In this document: positions 20,656-29,808 of the stretch, piece after piece
How positions within the stretch are numbered: position 1 is the first letter of the stretch
Layout of the letters: each line of letters starts with the position of its first letter
Program-made: the position numbers and the translations under genes
The notes under the pieces: model-generated
Databases searched by the model: none
Told to the model about the DNA's origin: nothing
The model's input: the letters and a program-made list of their open reading frames with translations, nothing else
IMG/VR virus record: IMGVR_UViG_3300042545_001134
Coordinates: 246,692-310,691 of that record
Reading direction: 5' to 3' (one strand)
DNA length: 64,000 nt

Positions 20656-22604
20656 TGAGCAAGTTAAAAAATACCAAAAAGAAGTTAGTTTCGAGGATTG
20701 AGGGAATCAAAAAAATAAGTGATGACCCAAAAACATTAGCAGATAATACTTCGGATACCTATTTAGGAAATATTCCGTCAGCGGAAGACTTTGTTGGTAA
20801 AAAACTTGATGCGTTAAAAAAGAAAAGAGCACAGAAAAAAGAAAACAAAAAAGACATTTTTAGTGAGTTACTTGAAGTTGTTGAACAATTTTTAGGTACC
20901 GAAAAGAAGTCTTCAGGTAATCAAACCGATACCGTACAAAGTGGTACAACCACCAACCCCGTTAAGAACAAAGATAAAAAAAGATTAACCCAACACGCAT
21001 TATCAGCATCTGACACAACATTAAGTCAGGCAAAAGAAATTGTGGTTAAAAGATTATCGGAGGCACTTTTTTTAGGGGATGGAATTTGTGGTACCGAATC
21101 AGTATTCAATGTGGATGCAATTAGTATCAAACCAGAAGAATTCGATGTTTTGGATATTCTTACAATTGACCCCGAAACTTCTTGTGGTCAAATCATCTAT
21201 GAACCAAAAAGTCCCGATAAGAATAAAGAAAAGGTAAATAGGGAACTATATAATTCCTTCAGTGGAGGTACCTATACGTTTACTTCAAATAACGGTAACG
21301 ATTTGTTTACCTCAACATGGAATCAAACAAATCAAGAATTCCAAATCACAGGATTAACACAGGGAGCGACCGGTGTAACCAAAGTACAAGATTTTATTAA
21401 CGATTATTATTCATCTCTCGAACTACCCGATGGGGAGGCAATTGCCAAAACGGCAATGTTACTAACCATCCAAGGAGGAGGTAAATGTGGTAAATCTAAA
21501 AAATTTGATGCATCATTAAATAATTTAGATAGACTAATAAAAAAATTACTTTCGATTTGTGGTTCAGAAACCAAAACAGATGAGTTAAAAAATCAAAATG
21601 CCGTTAATATGTTTGATGAATCGGAAGAAGACATTGAGTTTTATTTTGATTTTGATGACGTTGAAGGGATTGATTTAGATGACGAGGATTTAAGATATAG
21701 AAGAGTACTAAGATTCAAAGATTGTTACAATTTTGAAATTGACGTAGATGATACTCACATTGAGGACTTTGTTTACTTAGTAAAGAATAAAGACCCTAAA
21801 CAGGCGATTAACGAGGCACTTAATAAAGTTGCCACGGATGCGAGTGAACAATCTGATGGGTCTCTTTCAATATCTGATTTGTTAAATAACTTATTAAATA
21901 ATTTTATCCTTAGTTTACCAAAGGCATTAATTATGACGGTTTTATCTGCAAAGGTTTTTTTACCACTAATAATGATTTATAAAATTTTCAAACAAATGGC
22001 CCTAAATGTTGTGATAAACATAAAGGAATTAATGAAAAAGTTTTATAAGGCGATTAGTTTAATTATAAAAGATTTGTTTTGGATTTTTATCCGCGCATTT
22101 TGGAACTTAGTTAAGATTGATTTAATTGCATTTGTGACTAAATTAGTTCAAAAAATTATTAAAAGAAAATACAAGAGATATCTGTTGATTATCACATCCC
22201 TTCTGGCGTTACTTAAAAAAATATCAGAAACGGAAATGGATAGTTGTTATGAGATATTTCAGACAATCTTGGATACTATAACAGGGGCCATTAATATGAA
22301 AACACCCCTTACTGTTCCAAGTTTTCTTTTATTTGTTGCAGACTCGGCACCGGGTTATAGTCAAGATAGGGCGTTTTTGAATATTGTAGAAAGGTTAGAA
22401 TCCGCAGGGGTACCAACAGGTCCAATCTACGGTGAAAGTAATGACGTGTTAACATTAGTTAAATCCGTTATTGATGGACACACAGAAGAAGAAGATACGA
22501 ATTCATTTATAAAAATTGTTCTAAAAGGTGGAATATTACCAGGACCTACAGGTGGTGCGGTAATTCCTCCGGCATTAATATCTGGAGTTGGTAAAAAGTT
22601 TTAA
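20655..22604 (+). CDS. Putative baseplate/tail-associated protein with hydrophobic helices
   Basis: 649 aa ORF in an operon with a gp5-like gene. Confidence 0.55.
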   Translation: MSKLKNTKKKLVSRIEGIKKISDDPKTLADNTSDTYLGNIPSAEDFVGKKLDALKKKRAQKKENKKDIFSELLEVVEQFLGTEKKSSGNQTDTVQSGTTTNPVKNKDKKRLTQHALSASDTTLSQAKEIVVKRLSEALFLGDGICGTESVFNVDAISIKPEEFDVLDILTIDPETSCGQIIYEPKSPDKNKEKVNRELYNSFSGGTYTFTSNNGNDLFTSTWNQTNQEFQITGLTQGATGVTKVQDFINDYYSSLELPDGEAIAKTAMLLTIQGGGKCGKSKKFDASLNNLDRLIKKLLSICGSETKTDELKNQNAVNMFDESEEDIEFYFDFDDVEGIDLDDEDLRYRRVLRFKDCYNFEIDVDDTHIEDFVYLVKNKDPKQAINEALNKVATDASEQSDGSLSISDLLNNLLNNFILSLPKALIMTVLSAKVFLPLIMIYKIFKQMALNVVINIKELMKKFYKAISLIIKDLFWIFIRAFWNLVKIDLIAFVTKLVQKIIKRKYKRYLLIITSLLALLKKISETEMDSCYEIFQTILDTITGAINMKTPLTVPSFLLFVADSAPGYSQDRAFLNIVERLESAGVPTGPIYGESNDVLTLVKSVIDGHTEEEDTNSFIKIVLKGGILPGPTGGAVIPPALISGVGKKF

Positions 22605-22605
22605 T

Positions 22606-22806
22606 ATGGAAAAAGAAAAATTATTAGACGTAATTGAAAATGTAAAAGATAAATCAAACAAAGATTTATTAGACGCAGAAGGTTTCTTATTTGAGGAACA
22701 TGAAAAAACAAAAGAGTTAATCATAGAATTAACTCGACATTTAGATGGAATCGCAGATTTACATTCTAAAGTCGTTAAAGAAATTGAAAATAGAAAAGTA
22801 ATATGA
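22606..22806 (+). CDS. Hypothetical coiled-coil protein
   Basis: Short ORF coupled on both sides. Confidence 0.65.
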   Translation: MEKEKLLDVIENVKDKSNKDLLDAEGFLFEEHEKTKELIIELTRHLDGIADLHSKVVKEIENRKVI

Positions 22807-24362
22807 AAATAATAGATTTAGGTGTCTGTATCGATAACAACGACCCAAAAGTTTTGGGTAGAATACGTTGTATTGGTTATGATGATTATGTTTCAGGTAA
22901 AGAGAATTACAAAAAGTACACTCCATATGACGAGAATGACCCTTTTGTTGCCTTACCGTTTTTACCTAACAATATTAATTTTATACCTGAAGTTAACCAA
23001 ACAGTAAAAGTATTAAGATATAACACGGAAAAAACAACCGTGAACCAAGAATACATTGCCGGTCCATTTACTACAAGATACGATTATTCATCACAAACGT
23101 TTTCACAACAAATTGCACCAACAACCTTTGGTGTTGGGGTAAAGAAAAAGAAGGATATATTTAAAAACGGGTCATTACCACCTGATTGTGCAAATACCTT
23201 AGCAAAAAATACGGATTACGCAATTTCAGGTAAGTACGGTTCGGATGTTTTAATGACAGAAGGTGGTTTAGTTTTAAGGGGTGGTAAATTATTGTCAAAA
23301 CAAAGTGCGTCAGCACCAGAAAGAGAACGATTAGCGGATTTTCCATTATCATCTAAAAAGGTTGCCAAATTACAACTTAAAAAATTCCCCGAAAAAAGAA
23401 TTAGTAAGATTGATATTGTTAAAAAAACAACATATGAAAATGCGAACTTAAAATACATTATTGAATATGATTTAGATAGCCTAACCTCACCTCAAATTGT
23501 TAGTTTCTTTGTATATAAAATACAAGAAGGTACATATGGGGATTTATTTAAAACAAATACATTTACCGAATTCACCGATACATCAACATTACCTGTTGTC
23601 TTATTAAATTCAGATAACACCACGACCACACCGACGTTGACTGTAGATATGTCAACAATGGTAGGTTTTAACGATTTTGGTGTTGATGGTAAAATCACAT
23701 TAATTTGTTCTGAGATTAGGACTAAGTTATTAAAAATTAAAGAGGATGGTTTTATTGGTTTATTTAATGCGGATGTAAATAAAAAATTTAGTAATCCCGA
23801 AGAATTAACTAACATTTATCCGTTCTTTTTTAGACCTACCACTTCATTTAGAACAACTCAAACCAGTGACACAACCGTGTTAGAAAGAAAAGATGCGGTA
23901 CTTTCAAATATTAGATTAGCGAAAGGTGTGGTACAAAGCGGTTTAGTTTGGTCAGCAATTCAATTTAAGGCTCCGTCATTCACCAAAGAGGAGGAAGTTG
24001 AAAAACTAATTAAAGATAGTTCATCAAGAGAACAGACATTTGGTAGTGTGGTTGCAGATAAGTTATACCTACTATCTACAGACACAAACTTTACAGGTAA
24101 AAGTATTGATTTTGAGAAATTGGATGGATACGAGTATACCCAAGAAAATTATTTAAACCTTATTGACCCAAATACGTATGGTGTCGTTAGGGGTGAGATT
24201 TTATTGGAATTTTTAAGGTCAATGTTCAACGTAATGTTGACACATACCCATAACATTAATAAACCATATGCGAGGACCGATTACGAGGCACATAACACTA
24301 TGGCAGAACTTTACAACAAACTTGAATCTGAGTTATTAAATAAATCGGTTAGAATCAACTAA
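22803..24362 (+). CDS. Baseplate hub/spike protein, gp5/VgrG OB-fold-like N-terminus
   Basis: G.CIDNNDPK.LGRIR...P..NQTV; C-terminal V.GE.L...L......HTH. Confidence 0.7.
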   Translation: MKIIDLGVCIDNNDPKVLGRIRCIGYDDYVSGKENYKKYTPYDENDPFVALPFLPNNINFIPEVNQTVKVLRYNTEKTTVNQEYIAGPFTTRYDYSSQTFSQQIAPTTFGVGVKKKKDIFKNGSLPPDCANTLAKNTDYAISGKYGSDVLMTEGGLVLRGGKLLSKQSASAPERERLADFPLSSKKVAKLQLKKFPEKRISKIDIVKKTTYENANLKYIIEYDLDSLTSPQIVSFFVYKIQEGTYGDLFKTNTFTEFTDTSTLPVVLLNSDNTTTTPTLTVDMSTMVGFNDFGVDGKITLICSEIRTKLLKIKEDGFIGLFNADVNKKFSNPEELTNIYPFFFRPTTSFRTTQTSDTTVLERKDAVLSNIRLAKGVVQSGLVWSAIQFKAPSFTKEEEVEKLIKDSSSREQTFGSVVADKLYLLSTDTNFTGKSIDFEKLDGYEYTQENYLNLIDPNTYGVVRGEILLEFLRSMFNVMLTHTHNINKPYARTDYEAHNTMAELYNKLESELLNKSVRIN

Positions 24363-24385
24363 TTTGATATTTATTAAATAAAAAG

Positions 24386-25762
24386 ATGTCATACTTCCGT
24401 TCATATTTTGAGAAGAACAATACCATACTTAAAAATAAGTCAGTAAATACGGCCAAAAACCCTACTACTGAGATATTTTATGGTTCAGGTTTTTCTAAGT
24501 TCCTTTTTAAAGTGGACTTCACAGATTTAATCAATAAAGTCACAAATGGTGATTTAGTAATTGATTCAAATACCAAACATTATTTAAAAATGACTAACAC
24601 CGTATCGGGTGATGCAACATTAGTTGGTCAGAAAAGAAATACAGGTAGAGAAAGAACAACTTCTTTCGATTTAATTGTATTCAAAATCCCCGAAAATTGG
24701 GATGAGGGTGTTGGTTTTGATTATGAAGATGGTGGGTACGACTACACCACGGGTAACGAAACTTTTGATGAAAGACCATCTAACTGGTATTATAGAACCA
24801 CATTAAATCAATGGACAGCGGACGGTGTTTATGGTATTAACCCAACAGTTGTTGAGACTATCCACTTTGATAATGGAGATGAGAACATTGATGTCGATAT
24901 CACTAATTATGTGAACGGTATCGTTGTCTCAGGTAACACTAACCATGGTATAGGTTTGGCATTTGCGGTCTTATATCAAGACCTAACCGCAGAATTCGAC
25001 CAATCTGTTGCATTTTTCACAAAATACACACAAACATTCTACGAACCATTTGTTGAGACTGTTTTTGAAGATAGAATTCAAGACCATAGACAGAGTTTCA
25101 TTGGTGAGAGACAAAACAACCTTTATTTGTATGTAACAAAGGGAACCAACTTCTATGATTTGGATAATTTACCAACCGTAGATATATTGGACAGTTCAAG
25201 TAGCCCAATTTCGGGTTTAACGGGTCTCACAACGACTAAAATCAGAAAGGGTATATACAAGGTTACTTTTGGTATTTCAGGTCATCTATGTGACGGAAAA
25301 CGATTCTTTTATGATAAATGGAAGAATCTAACAATCGACGGTGTATCAATTGCCGATGTTGTACAAAAATTTGTACCAAAACCATTCACCGCACAATACT
25401 CATTTGGGGCAAATCCCACGGAAATACAAAAATACGTTACTCAATTCTCGGGAATTAAACAAAACGAAAGAATCATCAGAGGAGAACTTAAAAAGATTGT
25501 TTTAGGATTCAAATCAATTGATGTACCAAACGCTCAACTATTTGATGAGGTACATTATAGAATCTTCGTTAAAGAGGGTAGAACCAATGTAATAGTTAAT
25601 GATTGGACCCAAGTTGACATGACGACTACTGAAAATTCATTCTACTTAGATACATCTTATATGATTCCGAGAGAGTACTTTATGGAATTTAAAGCAAAAA
25701 CACATACTGAGGAGATTTTCTACGATGAGTATGTAAAATTTGAAATATTATCAGAAAAATAA
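24386..25762 (+). CDS. Virion structural protein (DNRLRE-like N-terminal domain)
   Basis: I.ENWDEG.G, SNW......W...G, DITNYVN....N.GIGL pattern; late motif upstream. Confidence 0.55.
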   Translation: MSYFRSYFEKNNTILKNKSVNTAKNPTTEIFYGSGFSKFLFKVDFTDLINKVTNGDLVIDSNTKHYLKMTNTVSGDATLVGQKRNTGRERTTSFDLIVFKIPENWDEGVGFDYEDGGYDYTTGNETFDERPSNWYYRTTLNQWTADGVYGINPTVVETIHFDNGDENIDVDITNYVNGIVVSGNTNHGIGLAFAVLYQDLTAEFDQSVAFFTKYTQTFYEPFVETVFEDRIQDHRQSFIGERQNNLYLYVTKGTNFYDLDNLPTVDILDSSSSPISGLTGLTTTKIRKGIYKVTFGISGHLCDGKRFFYDKWKNLTIDGVSIADVVQKFVPKPFTAQYSFGANPTEIQKYVTQFSGIKQNERIIRGELKKIVLGFKSIDVPNAQLFDEVHYRIFVKEGRTNVIVNDWTQVDMTTTENSFYLDTSYMIPREYFMEFKAKTHTEEIFYDEYVKFEILSEK

Positions 25763-25777
25763 AAACAAGTTTAATAT

Positions 25778-26047
25778 ATGTCCGAAAATCAAAGTAGTAT
25801 TACTGACACTTTCTTTACTAAATTAAAAGAACAATCGTTTACAATTATATTGTTGGTTGCGATGTTGTGGTATCAAAACAACACGTATAAAAACAATTTA
25901 GAGGGTTATAAATTAATGATTAGAGAGAAGGATGATATAATATTAAAAATGATGACCACTGAGAGACAAATAATGCTTGAACGTAATGAACGTTTGATGG
26001 AACAAAGAGACGACTATGTTGAAGAACTAATTAACTCAAAAAAATAA
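25778..26047 (+). CDS. Single-TM coiled-coil protein (possibly holin/spanin-like)
   Basis: Hydrophobic FTIILLVAMLWY followed by coiled coil. Confidence 0.5.
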   Translation: MSENQSSITDTFFTKLKEQSFTIILLVAMLWYQNNTYKNNLEGYKLMIREKDDIILKMMTTERQIMLERNERLMEQRDDYVEELINSKK

Positions 26048-26060
26048 GGTATTTATAGTT

Positions 26061-26786
26061 ATGAAAAATTTAGAATCAATTATAAGAAAGAATCTTAAAC
26101 AGATGATTTCAGAACAACCTTCGGAAACTAACTACATGTTCTTTTCTAATTTAGAACAAATTAAAAGACAATGTGAAATGTTACTTGAGATGGACCACGC
26201 TGTTCTTGATAATATTATCATTAATGGGCACGATTGGGCTGATGACCATGTGTCTGAGGCAAAAAACAATATGGACCAAGTATTTGACTTTTTCATGAAT
26301 GAAACCAAAAAAAGTGACAATCCCGATAACCTAAATGAAGAAGAATCAATTGATGAGGGTAAAAACAAACCAACAAATTCTAAATTGTGGTCTCGTGCAA
26401 AATCTTTAGCAAAATCCAAATTTGATGTTTACCCCTCAGCATTGGCAAATGGTTGGGCGTCAAAATGGTATAAAGAACACGGTGGGGGATGGAGAAAAAA
26501 AACAAATGAAAGTATTGATGGGTCAAAAAAAAATGATGACGTGTATCACAAGACATACACATCAGCAATTAATACTGCACTCGAATATGCCGAGAAAAAA
26601 GGTTACACATATGACAAGGAAGAAGTTGCACGTGAAATTGGGATGGGTCCAAGAAAACCAAAAGATGGGGATACAAATCGTTTCACAATAAGTTTGAAAA
26701 AAGACGATAAGGAACAAAAAAAATCACTTCATATACAAGTTTATGGTATGAAAGAGACATATGAACTAAATTGTTATATTAATTAA
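26061..26786 (+). CDS. Modular putative internal head protein
   Basis: Domains separated by xxE sites (ISE, LNE, IDE, TNE); basic KPTN..LW..AK..AK.KF.VYPSA.ANGW domain. Confidence 0.6.
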   Translation: MKNLESIIRKNLKQMISEQPSETNYMFFSNLEQIKRQCEMLLEMDHAVLDNIIINGHDWADDHVSEAKNNMDQVFDFFMNETKKSDNPDNLNEEESIDEGKNKPTNSKLWSRAKSLAKSKFDVYPSALANGWASKWYKEHGGGWRKKTNESIDGSKKNDDVYHKTYTSAINTALEYAEKKGYTYDKEEVAREIGMGPRKPKDGDTNRFTISLKKDDKEQKKSLHIQVYGMKETYELNCYIN

Positions 26787-26789
26787 TTT

Positions 26790-27203
26790 ATGAATATCAT
26801 CGTATCTAAAGAAGATAAAGAGTACATCAATGAATGTCTTAAATCAGGTGAGGTTTTAAAAGAAGACCTTAGGCGTTGGTTTAAAGAAAAATGGGTTGAT
26901 GTCAGTAAAAAGGTTGATGGTAAACATCCACCATGTGGTAGAAAGGATGCCGATGGTAAATCGTATCCAAAATGTAGACCTTCAAAGAAAGTCTCAAAGG
27001 AAACCCCAAAAGTTGTATCATCTTATAGTAAAAAAGAAAAGAAATCCATGACCACACAAAAAAGACGTGCGGAAAAGGAAGACCCAAAAATTGGTAAAGG
27101 AAATAAACCTACCATGACAAGATTCGATGAGGAAATAAAAAAAAGACAACTAATCAAAATAACCGAGGAACAATTTAAAAAATTGTTTGAATCAAAAAAA
27201 TAA
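26790..27203 (+). CDS. Basic phage protein (LRRWFKEKWVDV...PCGR...YPKCRP)
   Basis: Domain common in large phages; ends in IKITEEQFKKL. Confidence 0.7.
   Translation: MNIIVSKEDKEYINECLKSGEVLKEDLRRWFKEKWVDVSKKVDGKHPPCGRKDADGKSYPKCRPSKKVSKETPKVVSSYSKKEKKSMTTQKRRAEKEDPKIGKGNKPTMTRFDEEIKKRQLIKITEEQFKKLFESKK
27138..27196 (+). repeat. 59-bp direct repeat, copy 1
   Basis: 58/59 identical to 28116-28174. Confidence 0.95.
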
Positions 27204-27228
27204 GCCCACAAACCCTAAATTTAAATTA

Positions 27229-28113
27229 ATGAAAAGGTTAATACTCACATTATCATTACTTTGTATGGGGTTCATATCAAACGCACAAACACCGGATACG
27301 TTAAAACTATCACCAAAAGAACTATTTGGGGAAAGTGGTAATTTAAATAAAGTAGGGGTATTACAATCCTACGTGAATTTCTCAAAAGACGTTCTTTCAA
27401 CATCAAATCTTTCAATTGGTGTAATTGGTAAACAAATATCTACCACCTTAAATTTAGGATATAGTAGGACATCTAATAATAATAAATGGGGTCACTCATT
27501 CGCATCATCAATAAATCCTATTTGGAAATATTATGGTGTGGGTTACGGTCTTAGTAGAAATGTAGAAAAAAGAACCACCACATTACAGACATTCTTTTCA
27601 ACGGATTTTGATTTTCAAAACGATATCACACTATCATTTATAGATGTGATTAGAACTAAAAAATATGGAACCTTCGGTTACAGTTTAGTTGTATCTAAAA
27701 CCTTTTGGGGTGGTTATCAAGGTCAATGGCAAGGTGAATATATTGTTGATTCAAACGGTAATTGGTTGTCTAATGTATACCCACAAATGTCTCCATCTAA
27801 TGAAATGAATTATAGAGGAATGGTGATGTATACGTATACGTACAAAACAAAGATTGTTAACATATCTCCTCAGTTATTCTTTATGGGTGACATATATAAA
27901 ACATTCCAAGACGATTCTTTAAACATATCATATCTAAATAAATTTAATTTAGACTTGTATTATGGGACATCTATGGATTGGAAAATAACTAAAAGGTATG
28001 TATTAAATACTAATTTCAGATATAACACAACTTGGGATAAATTAAGTGAATCAGTCGGGTATAAAAAGAGTAATCCTTTTGTATTTATGATAGGAACAAA
28101 CTTTCAATTTTAA
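27229..28113 (+). CDS. Outer-membrane beta-barrel-like protein with signal peptide
   Basis: Signal MKRLILTLSLLCMGFISNA/Q; alternating aromatic strands; C-terminal ...GTNFQF BAM-type signal. Confidence 0.7.
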   Translation: MKRLILTLSLLCMGFISNAQTPDTLKLSPKELFGESGNLNKVGVLQSYVNFSKDVLSTSNLSIGVIGKQISTTLNLGYSRTSNNNKWGHSFASSINPIWKYYGVGYGLSRNVEKRTTTLQTFFSTDFDFQNDITLSFIDVIRTKKYGTFGYSLVVSKTFWGGYQGQWQGEYIVDSNGNWLSNVYPQMSPSNEMNYRGMVMYTYTYKTKIVNISPQLFFMGDIYKTFQDDSLNISYLNKFNLDLYYGTSMDWKITKRYVLNTNFRYNTTWDKLSESVGYKKSNPFVFMIGTNFQF

Positions 28114-28517
28114 TGAAAAAAAGACAAGTAATCAAAATAACCGAGGAACAATTTAAAAAATTGTTTGAATCAAACGAAAATGTACACGTATTAAGTTACG
28201 ATGATGAATTTGGTTCAGTGGAAAATACCTCATTTGAGGCATATGGTTTATTAAACGAGGCCGAATACCAAGGACGTAAGGTACAACTTGGTAAGATTAT
28301 GCAAGGTGACATTAAGAAATTTAAAGTTTACGTTAAGAATGACAAAGGAAAAGTCGTAAAGGTAAACTTTGGTTTTGGTGGTAAATCCGCAAAGGGTAAG
28401 AGAATGGTTATTAAAAAGAATAATCCCGCAAGAAGAAAATCATTTAGAGCGAGGCACCATTGTGAGAATCCGGGTCCACGTTGGAAACCAAGATATTGGG
28501 CCTGTAAAACTTGGTAA
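28113..28517 (+). CDS. Basic phage protein (AEYQGRKV...RRKSFRARHHC...RYWACKTW)
   Basis: Domain common in large phages, after an LNE site. Confidence 0.7.
   Translation: MKKRQVIKITEEQFKKLFESNENVHVLSYDDEFGSVENTSFEAYGLLNEAEYQGRKVQLGKIMQGDIKKFKVYVKNDKGKVVKVNFGFGGKSAKGKRMVIKKNNPARRKSFRARHHCENPGPRWKPRYWACKTW
28116..28174 (+). repeat. 59-bp direct repeat, copy 2
   Basis: 58/59 identical to 27138-27196. Confidence 0.95.
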
Positions 28518-28522
28518 TTAAT

Positions 28523-28930
28523 ATGAACTTACAAGAGAACATACAAAGAATTAAAGAGGTGATGGGAATAATCAATGAAGGATTACATGACACATCTTGG
28601 GAGAACGAAGAAGGAAATAAAATAACCCTTATGGATTTATTAAATGCCACGGAAAATATTCCTGTGGAAAACATATCTGTAGAAGAATTAAAACCACACC
28701 TATTAACTTGGGACGATGATGAAGGTGAGGTTAAGAAAATAGATGGTGCCGACTTACAATACCCCATACTAATCTTTGTTAATGATGACGGTGAGTTTAT
28801 ATCAATTATAGACGGACACCACAGAGCACAAAAGGCGGTAAGAAAAGAGTTAAAAACAATCAGGGCAAAAGTAATACCAATTAACTCTTTACCCAAAGAT
28901 ATTAGAAAAGTGTTTAGTCACATGAATTAA
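28523..28930 (+). CDS. ParB/Srx-like domain protein
   Basis: ADLQYPIL......IIDGHHR..KA; N-terminal LQENIQRIKEVM. Confidence 0.75.
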   Translation: MNLQENIQRIKEVMGIINEGLHDTSWENEEGNKITLMDLLNATENIPVENISVEELKPHLLTWDDDEGEVKKIDGADLQYPILIFVNDDGEFISIIDGHHRAQKAVRKELKTIRAKVIPINSLPKDIRKVFSHMN

Positions 28931-28950
28931 TATGAACCTACAATAAATAA

Positions 28951-29391
28951 TTAATAAAACATTACCTGTACACCACACTCATTAAGTAATTGAATACTTT
29001 TAAGTTGGGATTCCTCCCACTTTTCTTTATTCTTAGTTGTACATGTTCTTTTACACCATATAACTTTAATTCCCGAATTTACAATCCCTCTGGAACAATC
29101 CATACAAGGAACTCCCGATGTTAAGTAAATCTTGGAGTTTTTTAATGCCGTTCCGACACGTGCAGCGTTATAGATTGCGTTACGTTCAGCATGTTCGAAC
29201 CAGAAGTACTTTTCAGGTCTTTCCTGACGTTCTTGTTTAGAATCATCCATTCCCCTCGGAAATGAATTATAACCCGTAGAAAGTACCTCATTATCCTCCC
29301 CAACGATAACTGCACCTATCTGTGTAGATTCATCTTTTGATTTTAATTTTACTTGTTCGGCAATGTTCAGGAAATACTCGGTCCAATTCAT
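28951..29391 (-). CDS. dCMP deaminase
   Basis: SKD.STQIGAVIV, TGYN, HAERNAI, PCMDC. Confidence 0.95.
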   Translation of the reverse strand: MNWTEYFLNIAEQVKLKSKDESTQIGAVIVGEDNEVLSTGYNSFPRGMDDSKQERQERPEKYFWFEHAERNAIYNAARVGTALKNSKIYLTSGVPCMDCSRGIVNSGIKVIWCKRTCTTKNKEKWEESQLKSIQLLNECGVQVMFY

Positions 29392-29729
29392 GTAAGTTTT
29401 TGTTTAGAATTATAATGTATACGGTCATTCGTGTACATACCTATGTTTTTAGCAATACCTTTAGAAACTAATTGACCCATTTCATTTAGATTTTTGGTAT
29501 CATTTAATGCAATGCCAACAATAAACGAACCATCGGGTTGTTTATCATACGTAATAGGTCTAACGTATTTTTCCTCATCGTCTAACTTTAAATGTTTGAT
29601 GATTTCTTCTTTGGTTTGTTTACAATCGATATTTCTACCATCTATTAACATCTTTAAGACATCCACCCTTAATTTTTCGTAGTCTACTTGGTCAATACTT
29701 TCTTCAGGTATTTTTTTTATTTTCGACAT
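29388..29729 (-). CDS. Hypothetical protein
   Basis: 113 aa ORF; TAnnTTTG at 29736-29743 upstream. Confidence 0.7.
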   Translation of the reverse strand: MSKIKKIPEESIDQVDYEKLRVDVLKMLIDGRNIDCKQTKEEIIKHLKLDDEEKYVRPITYDKQPDGSFIVGIALNDTKNLNEMGQLVSKGIAKNIGMYTNDRIHYNSKQKLT

Positions 29730-29760
29730 ATTTTACAAATATACTGAATTTCTATAAAAT

Positions 29761-29790
29761 AAAAAAGGGTCCCTTTTGAGGACCCTTTCT
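29761..29790 (-). terminator. Intrinsic terminator after the major capsid gene
   Basis: AAAGGGTCC-loop-GGACCCTTT hairpin with U tract on the minus strand. Confidence 0.8.
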
Positions 29791-29808
29791 TTATGACTGA
29801 TAATTAGA

